Below are positions 1-30,445 of a stretch of DNA of 64,000 nucleotides, in pieces. The notes below the pieces were generated by a model that was not told the DNA's origin, did not search any database, and saw nothing but the letters and a program-made list of their open reading frames with translations. Position 1 is the stretch's first letter. Each line of letters opens with the position of its first letter. This stretch comes from Tubiluchus corallicola (lineage: Eukaryota > Animalia > Priapulida): the NCBI GenBank assembly GCA_030141605.1, contig JAQGDQ010000002.1, forward strand, positions 1,240,001 through 1,304,000. Direction: 5' to 3'. The position numbers and the translations under genes are program-made.

Positions 1-142
1 AACTTTGATGAATGCACGTCTACTGTGTAGGCTCAACGTTAGAATTTTTTAATCACTGAGATTTAAACCGTCTGAATTTTTTTAAAAACTACATAGAAAA
101 GGCTATGTACTATGTGTTCTCTAGTCCAGCTTACTTTTTCAG

Positions 143-376
143 GTACTCGCCATTTGGTATAATGTTCCTTATTGCTGGCAAGATCATGGAAATAGAGAAT
201 ATGGCGACAATGGCAAAACAGTTAGGGATGTACATGGTGACGGTGGTTTCCGGTCTAGCTGTGCATGCGCTCTTTGTCTTACCGGGACTGTTTTTCTTGA
301 TCACAAGAAGAAATCCATGGAAATTTTTCAAGGGGATGCTGCAAGCCTGGATCACTGCTTTGGGTACAGCATCAAG
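143..376 (+). CDS. SLC1A2: EAAT2-like exon, 234 nt (TM5-TM6 to HP1a)
   Basis: tttttcag acceptor at 141-142 and AG|gtat donor at 377; encodes [14 protein letters not shown]...[11 protein letters not shown]. Confidence 0.93.
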
Positions 377-2994
377 GTATAGTTTAGTAAACCCTGTCAC
401 TATTAATGTTCATGGTTCTTCTCATGTCATTCTCTTGGATTTTTTCGAGGAATAAACATTTGTTAAATTGTTATGTGATAAATTTACTACTACTATGAGA
501 AAAGACAGCTTGATTTTTAGGAATGCATGAATAAAATATATTAAAAATCTTGAGTAGACCGATATAGGCTATTAATGTAAGTTAAAAATGGTTACTGGTT
601 ATAGATTTCCCAAACCTTTTGTTTACACAATTTATAACTGTAACTGCAGTAGTCGTCAGTAACTATTATAGACATTGTAGCATCAATTATTGATAGCTCT
701 AAACGCAGCACGTATATAGGCACGCACAGGCACGTAACATTTATACGGCCATTAATTGATTTCACAAGAAGATATTGAAATTATTGGAAATGTCGTTAAA
801 CACAATAAATGTCATCTATTACAGTGCTGCTACATTACCCATTACATTCCGGTGTTTGGAGGAGAACAATCACGTGGACAAGAGGGTGACACGGTTTGTA
901 CTGCCGATAGGAGCAACCATCAATATGGACGGTACGGCACTCTATGAAGCCGTCGCAGCGATATTCATAGCCCAGATGAACGGCATGCCATTGTCTGCTG
1001 GAAAAATTATTACTGTTAGGTAAATATCGTTGGCTGAATAGTTATTGACTTTCGTCAAAAGATGGCAGCATTGACTCCTTTCGGAAGTGAAAGCTGTGAC
1101 TGATCTGACTGAACTTCCTATTGAAACCAGTTTCTAGTTTCAAATGAAAAGGTGCACTCGATTTTTGTAAAAGTGAAACTGAAACGAGCTGAAAAACATT
1201 TAAGAAAATTTTGCAGTTTTTCTGTCTCGAAACTAATCATTGTCATTCTGCCTTACGACTCTTAAAACAAGCACATTTTTGTTTTCGAAAATAATAACGC
1301 GAAAATGTTTATAACTACAGTATAATATGAAAACCGTCTTGTAGTGCAGCAATGTCCACTGTGCAGGACAACGTATAAGGATGAGTGACCATACAGATCA
1401 TTTGCTTCTGATGTGTTAATCCGAGCAGTTTTAATCATCGCGACTTAACTTTCATTTTGGCACCTGTTGAGTGTGCCCGATTACCAACCCTTTGCGCATT
1501 GCCTTGTTGGTTGCCATGGCATGTTAATATTATTAAAATTTTAATGTAAATCGAATCCTTACAGATTCATTCTCCATTATTTCATCATCTTTCTAAGTAA
1601 TAAATAAAGTTAAAGCTAAACTTAAATCTAAACTATGCAACTCTTGATATTATGTATATAATACTGAAAGTTCTATCATTTGGAAATCTTAATTTTAAAA
1701 GAATTAAGATCGCAACAACGATTTCTCATTGCAACCTCGATATAATTTTATTGACTATTTGATAAGTGCTAAAAACTGTAGGTTTCGTCATCACTGGTGC
1801 CATAAGCCTTAGTTTCAGTGTTTTTCAAGTAGTCAAAAAATGATGATGTAATGTTACAATCAGTCACTATTCTGCAATCTTGAAATTTATTTTTAAGTGA
1901 AAATGTGCAAGTTTTTTGCGTTCTTTGTGCCTTACACCTGAATCTTATTTTAAATTTATTTGTGTTTTCTAATCTTCGTTTCTGTATTTTAGTTTAACAG
2001 CAACAGCTGCGTCTGTTGGTGCCGCCAGCGTCCCTAGTGCTGGCCTGGTTACAATGCTTCTAGTTCTTACAGCTTTAGGACTGCCAACAGATGACGTCAG
2101 TTTAATTGTGGCGGTTGATTGGTTGTTGTAAGTAGGCTAAATTTCAATCAAAATATTAATAGCGAACTTTAGGATGAATCATAGTCTTTCGATAAGATGT
2201 TACTTTCTTATTAAAAATACTATACGTATTTCCCGCAATGTGTTTGTGCAGTGACGGCAATCACAGTAAATTCGGTAGTTCTGGTTGTTATTTTACACCA
2301 AGCAATTAAACTAGTTACGTGCATTTTAGCTCTGTCATATTAGTTTTAAACCTGTTGCATAAAATGCACAACTGTGGTTATCATCACCACGCGAGCTGGA
2401 AGCACACTGTATTCACCAGTTGGTATAATGTAGTCATTTAGAAATCATATTTTGGAAGTCAAAACAATGGTTGTAAACAAAAATGTCTTTCAGAGAAAGT
2501 AACGCTCAAGGTTATTTCATTCTTTCGCTGTTTAAGAGGTGCGTCAGCAGCCTAACGCTTCACCCTTCTTGTCAGTAACGGTAACCACGTTGTGGACAAT
2601 TTTCTATTACTAGCACTATCTACACGCTGATATCTCCATCTACTACCACTAATATTAATTTAACAGAAGCTACCGTACCTTTAAACATTATTTTTGTATT
2701 AGGGACCGTATCCGTACATCCATCAATGTCCTGGGAGACGCTTATGGAGCAGGAATAGTGTTCCACCTCTCTAAAGCCGAACTGGAAAAATATGACGCTG
2801 AACATCCGGAAATACCGCTCCATGATCCGAATTTTTTCCGTGAGTCAATACGCCGACGGTCGCAACATCATGACAAGATGGCTGACCACCCGGATGGAAA
2901 CGAGTTCAAACCATTGTCTCATAGTAATAGTATACACAATCCAGTGCCAGCATACCAGCACACAACAACACCTACAGGGGAGACATCGATCTAG
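143..2994 (+). CDS. SLC1A2: Excitatory amino acid transporter, EAAT2/SLC1A2-like; 3' part of gene, join(143..376,825..1019,1993..2127,2703..2994)
   Basis: All three complete introns are GT-AG and phase 2. Spliced peptide has [26 protein letters not shown] (HP1), [22 protein letters not shown] (TM7), [26 protein letters not shown] (HP2) and [33 protein letters not shown] (TM8). [10 protein letters not shown], AASxPSAG and HLSKxEL resemble EAAT2 more than other SLC1 members. The 5' exons lie outside the window. Confidence 0.93.
825..1019 (+). CDS. SLC1A2: EAAT2-like exon, 195 nt (HP1b-TM7, NMDGT motif)
   Basis: ttacag acceptor and AG|gtaaat donor; encodes [15 protein letters not shown]...[20 protein letters not shown]. 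Confidence 0.95.
1993..2127 (+). CDS. SLC1A2: EAAT2-like exon, 135 nt (HP2), not in the ORF track
   Basis: tattttag acceptor and gtaagt donor; encodes [44 protein letters not shown]. Confidence 0.95.
2703..2994 (+). CDS. SLC1A2: EAAT2-like last coding exon (TM8 and C-tail ending ETSI*)
   Basis: gtattag acceptor; encodes [27 protein letters not shown]...PTGETSI; TAG at 2992-2994. Confidence 0.93.
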
Positions 2995-4834
2995 GTGTAT
3001 GCAAATACTTTCAAAGGCTTCTATTGCATGGGTCTACAAACAAGGGTTGAACAAATATCTTGTCTCCTAATAGAATATGAAACCTGATGCGTAAGTTTGC
3101 CACCATTGAGCGGTGTGACATTTGAAGTCAGTTGATCTCGAGGGTAATCTAGAACTTTATTTTTGGGAGTTGTGAGTGGTCGCCACTCATAGCCGCTGTA
3201 GTTTGGTATTAGTGAGAACTATTTTAAACAGTAAGCCGTAGTAGTGTTGCCATAGAGTTATGGTGCTGCCATCTATTTGTATGATTAGCATAAGTAAGAT
3301 TTATCGTGACACCAACGGACTATTTCCGTAGAAAGCAATTAATAATTACTCTGCGCCGATAGTTTTTACTTTTACAACTTCCTAAAAAACATGCGATTTT
3401 CATACCTTATGTATTTTCGCTTACCGGATTAACTAGGTAACCTAACTTTGTAAAACTCTTTTTTAACGACTCATTTGAGTCGTTTCCACATTCATTTGAA
3501 AGGTTTGTCATACTCCTGTCAAACATTAATGAGTTCAAAGTGGGAGGTCAGCATTACATTTCTCGGTCTTGCAAACGTTAGGCTTTGCGATAAAGAGAGT
3601 GAAAGTTTTCATTTTGAGTCTTGTTAAAAAATTTGATGCTTCTGATTCATCCCAAGTTTAATTGGACTGATTCATCACTTTAGTTGGACAGACAGTTGCA
3701 AATGCAATGATCTCTCATCTCAGATAATCTGATCAGAGTTCTGTGTCTTGTTAACATATAACGCATATATCTATAAGCATCACTCAAAAGTAAGTTTTTT
3801 TGCGGAAAGACCAGGGTTGTTACAAATTGCTGATGTTTTATTAGAAAGAAGCAGTGTGACAATGTTGCATATAAAATCCTTTTTTAATGGGCAGTGAAAA
3901 GCAGAATCTGCGTCAGTTTGTTTGAAACTTTCATAGGTGTGTTATGCGTGTCAGTGTGCCATTTCCTGCAGAATAAATAGTGTGACACAAAGTACTGTTA
4001 GTTTAGCATAATTGTTACTGTTTATTGTAGAAATTGTTGTTGTTTTATTATTACCCATTGATTAGTTGTTTACGTTAAAAATCAAATTGTTTTATTGTTG
4101 TGTTGTTAATTGTTAAATGATAGTGATTTTATTTATAATTATAACGTAAGGGAAGTGTTAATTGTCGTATAGCATATATTAGCTGTAATGATGTATAGTG
4201 ATCATGTACGTATAAATATAAACGCTTTTAGAGAGAGAGATTTTATTTATTTTGACATGCTAAAGCAGTTATAGTTATAAGGAGAACTATGCTACATGTA
4301 ATTACGTTTAGTATATACCGTAGTTATACACTTTAATATCTATGTAAACAGAAATTATTTATATGCTGTGTATAATTGTATATGTAATATATTATTAAGG
4401 TTTCTGTGCAAAAAATATTAGCCATTATATAATTAGCACAGTACAGTTTTACATATATACTTGTGGTGCACACGTAACATATAAATATATAGCATGATTA
4501 TGGCACATTCCCATATTTCACGTACGCATGTGTGGTGTACATGACAGTAAGTCTACTGTTTTTGCAAAAATAATGCCTACAGTTAAATTTGTATGTTGTT
4601 GTTTTTCGCACTGGATATGCATAATTACGATTTGTTGCTGTGTTATATCTACTTTGTGTGAATTCAGTAATTTTGTATAGTTTAATATCTTATTAGGTGT
4701 AAGAGGATGGTCTACTGATCGATGAGGAGTAGAGTAAATTGATCACTGAAATGTCATTATTAGTTTCCTAATAACAGACTCTTAAAAATAAGTGTCCCTA
4801 CTTTTCTAGAAAAAATAAGATGCAAAATAAATGT

Positions 4835-4942
4835 CAGAGAAATTGAGGCGCTGGGTGAGGTGAAAAAAAACAAGTTAATTACATCATTTTATCATATAAC
4901 AAACTTTTTGATTCATTCTCATTCGGCGCCTCAGTTTTTCTG
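4835..4942. mobile_element. Palindromic MITE-like hairpin
   Basis: Left arm cagagaaattgaggcgctgggtgaggtgaaaaaaaacaagtt is an imperfect inverted copy of right arm aactttttgattcattctcattcggcgcctcagtttttctg. Confidence 0.5.
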
Positions 4943-5665
4943 TGTGTGTCTTTTTTGTTGCTCACTCTGCTTCTTTTTGTCGTTTACACCTTTTTTATAA
5001 CTTGTTTACTCCCTTCATTTATCCATAAATCCGTAATTTCAGTCCAATTATCCTTGAATTCAAATCCATAAATGCCTATTTCGATGCCATGACGATATGA
5101 TGTTGAATTGATTCATTATTGATGGTATATGTTACAGGCAATGTTTTACCTTACCTTGGCATTGTATAGAATCCATAAAACGACTTAGTCAATGTACTAA
5201 ATTAAGCAAGCAATAAGTTAATTGTTAATGGGTACAAAATCACCATCTCTGACATGCTGCTTAATCAGTTGGATCACTTTCTATATCTAGGAGCAAAAAC
5301 TGCAGCCAGATTCAATAAAGTTCTTATGAACAATTTTCTGTTCTGGCACACGAACGTTCTTAGTGCTACTAACGGATTCATTAAACAGGTTTTCCTAAAA
5401 ATCTTCTTAAATGCAAAGCTTAGAACTTGCGTTAATGCAAATTTGCATGTTGTGCACAGTTTAAATGCGATAACTGATTTTGTCATGGAAGAAGAAACAG
5501 TTAATAATAGAAATTTGATACGCAGAGATGTATTTTTCGCAAGAGATTAAAATTAGGCCATTTGAATTAAATCGTTTTACGAATTGTAGACGGCACAGCA
5601 GACCGGAAGTGTGCCTCTACTGAGTAAGAAACAACAGATTGTAGAAGAGATTTTGCACCAGTACA

Positions 5666-5815
<150 letters not shown>

Positions 5816-8754
5816 TTCGTCCACCACAGCATTCTCGAACACGAGAAAAAGCCAACAAACGAATCAGACAACTTTGCAAGTACATTGAAACATGACTTGG
5901 TGACTTGGTTTAATTTCACACATTCCCCAAACTAAAATTGGCATTATATGAAATGGCTAGTAAAATTATATCAGCACAGTTAATCATTTGTTTTATTTTT
6001 ATATTAACTAACATGTATGCGACATTCTATAAAATGCCTAAGAAAAGTATACTTAAAATCCAAAAATTAAACATTTCGCCTAAGGAGACTTTTGTGTTGC
6101 ATGTAACGTCTAGGAAAAGTGTAGAAGGAAGATGTGATATGGGGCACATAAGAATGAGATTAATACATGCATGTAGGTAACATCCGGAGTTGCGTACATT
6201 GATCACTTTCGTTAAGACACAACAAACACTTTATTTCTACTGATTTCAGATTTCCGATATACGTGCTGATACGCGGCTTCAGTGAATCTTTCCATTCAAG
6301 TATAGGTCACAGACATGTATTCTAAATAGAAGCAAACGAAACGGTTTTTAATATTGCTGATAAATTCTTATAGCGTTTAATAAAATAGTAAAAACTGAAA
6401 GTAATTTACTTTGATTCAAAATAAGAGCAAAATTGTTATTGTTATTATGAAACAAATATTAATCAACGTTTCCAATTAACTTAAGGTACAGAGAAACTAG
6501 TTAGCTCAACCCAGATGAAAGGCAAGTATACGTATCAGCCGTAGTGACTGCAATCGAATGTTGACCTTTGATGTCCTTCATCAACCCGGAACCTGGAATA
6601 ACGGGTTTAACTGATTAAGCAAACCACATGGAGCCTTGAGCAACTACACCTGCAGTGCTTGTGCAGTGGGATGGAGTCCTGCGTGGAAACTTCTCCAATG
6701 CTTGTGGGCTGCGGTGGAGTCCTGGTGTGCAGTTGCTCCTCTAGTCCTAGTGGAGGACAGTAGAGTCCGGACCCGTGGAGCTCGTGAAACTACCACTGAT
6801 AGAACATCTCGTTATCAGCTGGTTTTTTTCTACATGAGATTTACTAAATTTCCGTTTAGAACAGTACGTAAGGTAACGGATAATAGCTAGTTTACTGGTG
6901 TCTTCATCTCACGGCTCGGACACCCAACCATTTGGTGTGTCGGTGCCCGTTAGTCCTGACTTCAATTATTCATGAACATTTGTCGCAAGCCATGCTCGAC
7001 GACATCACTGGCTTAGCACGTTCGGCACACTGTGTTGTAACCTGGTTTCAATTTCTAGAACAGGCAAAAGTAGGATGACCTTGCTTTGCTACACGAGATA
7101 TTAGCTAGATAATCTGTTGAGTTGAGCGTTTGACCAATCGCTTGCTTTCTTGGAAAGGAAATCTAGGACAAGTGTGAGAAGAGATTCTTCCCAGAGCTAA
7201 TTAGATGCTTGCTCATGCAATCATAAAACTTACTTATGTTATAATACATAAATTCACTTAATGAGTAATTAGCTAAATTAAGCTATTAATGCATCATAAG
7301 TATACGACATTCACAAAATTTACATTTACGAGAGTACGAAGTAAATGATATTAAAGGGGTTACAATGATGCTCGGTAGGTCTCATATGCTTTGGTACTTC
7401 ATAAAATGCCTAGGCATTCTATAGAATACCCAATTTCACACTTTGACTTCACCTGTAACAATTACAATTGGGTCATAGTATTATAATGACCACAATTTCT
7501 TTCCAGATGTAAAACTAGAAATGCTCCAGCATCATTTTTTAAAAGCTTCGGTACGGTTTCCAGTCTTAGCAAGCTTAAATCTTCTAATACTGTAGGTAAA
7601 GGCGTTGTGTTGTTGTGCGTTTAATCCAAATAGACAACATGTCTCTTGTGACTCATGTCTTTGTAAATGTGTAAAATTCTGTACGCCATCATTATTTTAC
7701 CTGTTATGTCTGTTGAGCAATCTGAAAAGAATCCAAGCACTGATGTTTTTACAGTTCTCATCTGGAAGCGTTATTATTATAAAAAAAACTTCTGTTTAGA
7801 GAAATCATCGATCGCGAAGGAGTCTTCAAAAATACGATAGTTGCCGCTTAAAAGTAGCTCTATGTCAAGATGTCTCCTCAAAGGAAAAGATATTAAGTCA
7901 TTCGGCGTTTTGCAATCGTCTGCATTATGTAGCAAACAAATTTGCAGCCATTTCCTCACTTGTTACAACTACACGTATATACTGCTTTTCGCAAACATTG
8001 CATACTTTTGTTGCGGGTCATCCCTGGGATAATTGTCATAATCGCCTCTTGGTGTTATTTTTTTAGGAATTTTTTTTATATTTAAATCAGAACTTGCAAC
8101 AAAACTTGGTAGCAATTTTGTTTTTTGCGTTGTTGACCCTTTTTTTGCAAATTTTTCACGTTTTTTTTCGGTTTCAGCGTAGTCAAATTAATTTGAATGG
8201 CTTTGTTGCCTACTTTTAGAAAAAAAACACCTTTAGGGCTTCGCTTTTCTGAAAAGTATATGTCAAAACCTACTTAGATTCTTAGACTCAAGGTTTGTAT
8301 GTCGTGAATACTCCCGTAATGCCGAAGTGTCTAACAGGATTTCTGAACTTGGGTCTGAACAGGAAATTAGGCGCCGACAACCGTACTAATTACCTTTCAC
8401 GACATAGCCGCAACAACAGCAACGTTAAGAGTCAACGTCTGCTTATACTTCTACCGGCGAGCAGAACAAGCTTCAACCAGATATCAGAGCAACTACATCC
8501 AGAGACTCCCTCAGAGCACTAGATCATCAATTGCTATTGACATGAAGGTGCCACCCCACCTTACCTGTAAACCTAACAATGTGTTTAGCCTGCACTCGCA
8601 CCATGTGGGTTTCCTTTCTTGCACCTCTAATCATATCATTACTTTAGGACAAATGAGGTACTTTAATAATGGTCTGATGTTTAACTGTAGAATTACCTAA
8701 AATATCTGCATTTTTTTCATGCAGCAGTTAAGCTTTAGCGATAAATTTTTTGCA

Positions 8755-8830
8755 CATCATATCACATCACATCACATCGCATCGCATCGCATCGCATCGC
8801 ATCGTACTTCATTACATCATATCACATCAC
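8755..8830. repeat. (CATCA/CATCG)n pentanucleotide repeat
   Basis: cacatcacatcacatcgcatcgcatcgcatc... Confidence 0.85.
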
Positions 8831-9129
8831 GTCATACTATTACGAAACCGCATGGTGCTGATTCGCTCTATTGTGGCACAGTAGGTGGTGTAGAGAACGT
8901 CGAATAGGGTAAAACTGTCCAAAACAGTGAAGCTATAGATTGAAATGACTTAAAATAACTCTAACTCGCTTGAAATCTAATACTGTAATACATCGGGCTC
9001 CATGCTGGCTGTCATTATGAAACAGGCGCTGAGATGGAATACGCATTTGCCCGTCAGAATCGTCGACCGTTCAGTGTAGAGGGAATAACAATGTAGACGG
9101 GAATAAAAAAATACCCCCGTAACAATGTC

Positions 9130-9340
9130 GTATCGTGTCGTATCATATATCGTGGTCTGTTGGGCATCTCTGCCCGTTAACCGATCATAACTGTCTACAC
9201 GTTGAAATCTATTTGGTAGCACAACTTTGGCGCTGTATCGGTAGTTTTGCCAAGTATCATTCAGCTCGCGTTTGAATGAAGTTACAAAGCTTCCTTCAAG
9301 ACTGTGTGATATAGTTGAATACCATTGATATTTTAATGGC
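9130..9340 (-). mobile_element. CR1/L2-like LINE 3' end fragment (degenerate)
   Basis: Minus-strand peptide QWYST...SFVTSFKRELNDTW resembles the CR1 ORF2 C-terminus (WNxLP...SVNSFKxRLDxxW), followed by a short acgat/acgac repeat tail. Confidence 0.45.
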
Positions 9341-9418
9341 AAAGATTTTGATTTTACGATTAGTACTGCTGTCGCTAGCACCATTAGTATGGCGATGACA
9401 TTAATGATGACCACTTTT

Positions 9419-9590
<172 letters not shown>

Positions 9591-9954
9591 TGTTTTTACT
9601 ACAGAACAAAATCAAGTATGCATGATCTTTGTGAGATCGCTTTTTATTAATGATTCGAAAATGTTTAAACTGAAAATCTCGAAATTCGGCTTGATCCGAG
9701 TTCGAAAGTCACAAATTCAACCCGATTCGAATTAGCTTTCTCGTAGGGAATGTCCACACCTACTTCTATTGTTTTATCTGTGACGTTAACGAGTTCAGTG
9801 TTCTCCGCTGAGTTTTACTGTAAGTAGTATTATCTATTAAGTTATTTCAATAATAATTGCTGTGTTACTAATTAATTAAAACCACTTTTGCTTGTTGGTT
9901 TCATCTTCCAAACGGGATCTACCTTATTCTGACCTTGTGTTTGAACACAAAACA

Positions 9955-10072
<118 letters not shown>

Positions 10073-10149
10073 CCTAGTAGACATCTTTGTGTAATAATTA
10101 TCTTCAGAAGTGCTCAGACAACAACTATTGTCTTGCTAAGGTCCCAGCT

Positions 10150-10460
10150 CCCCGCACAGAAATGTAATTTTCAGTTGCACAATTAAAAGTTGCAAAATCT
10201 GTAAATAACTAGACTGTGAGTGAGCGCAGACATAGGCAACAAAAAGTTACTATCTCGGCTCAGAGTTTTTCAGTTGTACAATGTTTTGTAATGTACTCTT
10301 ATCAACGAGACTTACTCAAGACACTTTAGTTATATATAAGAAGAATGCAGTGTCTTATGAAACAGGCACTATTAAACATGTATAAGACATAACAGAAAAT
10401 AAATTAATGAAGGTAAGTCATTCTTGATATCTTTGCTGCCTTCTTTCAAGAAATTCAGTG
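10150..10460 (+). repeat. Dispersed repeat family A, copy 1
   Basis: Shares ttttcagttg...gcgcagaca...cagtgtcttatgaa...aaattaat...tcattctt...tctttgct in the same order with 39140-39480. Confidence 0.7.
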
Positions 10461-12306
10461 ACACTCTGAAATTGGAGACCAAAAATTTGAAGATTGAAAG
10501 TAAACAGCGCCATTGTGAATATGCGCCCAGTTCGGTGAACACATCTATAGTACCGCCATAGTGCACATCTGCTGATTTTCCCTGCTCTGCAATGACAGAC
10601 ACCTCTTATGCTCCAAGTTCATCAACGTCTTGCTCGCTCAAGTTCCCATCTTGTCTCCAGTAAACAGTGTAACACTCGCATTTGTCTTGAAAAATTCTCG
10701 CCCTCAGCAGAATTATGCAAACTGTAAATTATGTAAAATTCGCAAGACTAAACAATTTAACGTTTTTGTGTGAACTAGTACACTGCTAAACAACATTTGC
10801 ATTTGGAGTTTGAGTTTTTAACTGCGTAAGTGCTTCCATTCATTGACTTATATACAGTTTTCGTGAATGGAGGCTGTCCTGAAGTTTGGGCTTCATAATT
10901 CACCCGCCGTAAAGAAGCCTATGTGAATTAATTTACATATAGCTGCAGGAACGGGTTAACCTAGTTAAAATAGGAAGTTAGTTGTTGAGTTGAGATGGAA
11001 CAGAAAAAATGCTTATTGCGCTTTCGAGAAAAGAATAAATTTAGCGTTATGGCGGAAGGAAAAGTTCTTGTTTCTGTTTTATTGTCGTCGCAAAAGTCAC
11101 CACGACAGAGGCCGTGCAAGGATAAGACTCGTTTCTCTGAGAGTAATGTTTTTCCTCTTGATGCCAGGATTAGTAATGTACAGCATATAATAATTTGCAA
11201 AAGTTTTATCAAAACTACTTGAACTTAAACCATAATAACGGAAAAATCGACCGTTGATTAATTACTGGATTAGCCCAATGCTTTTATCAATTTTATTACT
11301 CATTTTGTGATGTGATACAGCACAAATGCAAGCAGCTTCCTCGAATTACATACTTTATGGTTACTAGGTGCCAGTTAAAATTGTGTGTCTGTGCACCGGA
11401 ATTTGGTACACTAGTAAAATTACTTGTCTGCACGGGGTCTTATTGGCTGCTGCGTCTAACTCATGACTAAGGAATAAACAGACAATAATGAATGCAACGT
11501 TCTCTAGATAAAAAATGTAACCATTGACATTAAATGCTAAGAAACACTTAAACAATCATTAAATTACTAAATAATGACAATACAAGTAATGCATTTATGG
11601 TTTTACAACAAAAAATTAGACGACATTCACAGCTTCTGGACTCCATGCTTTTCAAAAACTAGATTCATGTGAACCTTGTTTCAAGTACTTATAACAACTA
11701 GAGCTAAATGATATGCATGTCACATCTCAGCCCAGACTACACTTCATCACCGGTTACAATACTTCTTGTGGATTTTGGGGTTAAGTGAGAGCACTCCGCT
11801 CAGCACCCCATGCAAAGATTTCGAATGACACTACCATTACAAGGCCAGCAAGCAGAGTACGTTTACGAAAAGCTCGTTCCTCCAGAATTATCCAGGATTC
11901 TGTTATTAATAGTTCACAAATAGATGCGATTGGAACCATCATCGTATGCAGTCTTTTAGTGTAGTAATCAATACTTCACTGGGTTCGATCTCGTTGATTT
12001 CCCATCCACATATGCTTATTACAGCATGGGTGTAGATTGTGCTACAGCAAAAAATTACTCCGAACTCAAAATATTTCACAAAAGATGTCAGTGTGGAAAT
12101 TTCAATTCGAGAGCCATTATAAATGTCATTCAATGAGATTCAAAAAATGTTTTCTTTAAACTAAGGTGACGTACCGTTGCCAGTTGAAGTCAGTTGCATA
12201 ACTGCAGTCGCTAAATTACTGATATCTTGGAGACGTGTGAACACGCCCCAATTCGGCCTAACAGACTGCAGTCTGATCTACATTAAATGCCACGACATCT
12301 ATAAAT

Positions 12307-12312
12307 TTTATT
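12307..12312 (-). terminator. Candidate polyadenylation signal (AATAAA) of the class C GPCR
   Basis: tttatt on the + strand about 45 nt past the stop codon. AT-rich context, so not definitive. Confidence 0.4.
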
Positions 12313-12357
12313 TTATCGCAGTCTCACTCCTCGTACAAGAATTTTTCAATAATTGGT

Positions 12358-30232
<17,875 letters not shown>

Positions 30233-30379
30233 AGCCGTTTTCGACTTTCAAGTTACGAGATTCAGCTCGAAAAGTAAGAGCGCTACGATATTTCTTGGAT
30301 CTTTTAGCGATTATTATTCACTAAAGCAATATTATAGGAAAGAAAACTCATTCTACAAGTCTTACAAAATTGAGCATGC

Positions 30380-30445
30380 GCTGATGAAGCCCCATGACTA
30401 TGCCGTGCGCGGCACATGGAAGCTGAAACCCTGAAACCGGTCAGT
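30380..30445 (+). ncRNA. Hammerhead-ribozyme-like motif (Penelope-type minimal HHR), possibly inactive
   Basis: CTGATGA (30381), long stem II (agc/gct, ccatg/catgg, tgccg-tgcg-cggca), GAAAC, 8-nt duplication ctgaaacc, then GAAACCGGTC with palindromic ACCGGT. Stem I pairing is non-canonical. Confidence 0.45.

Noticed and set aside
7600-8030. Cys-containing short ORFs (KVCNVCEK in one minus frame)
   Set aside because: Multiple stops, no consistent exon structure and no recognisable family.
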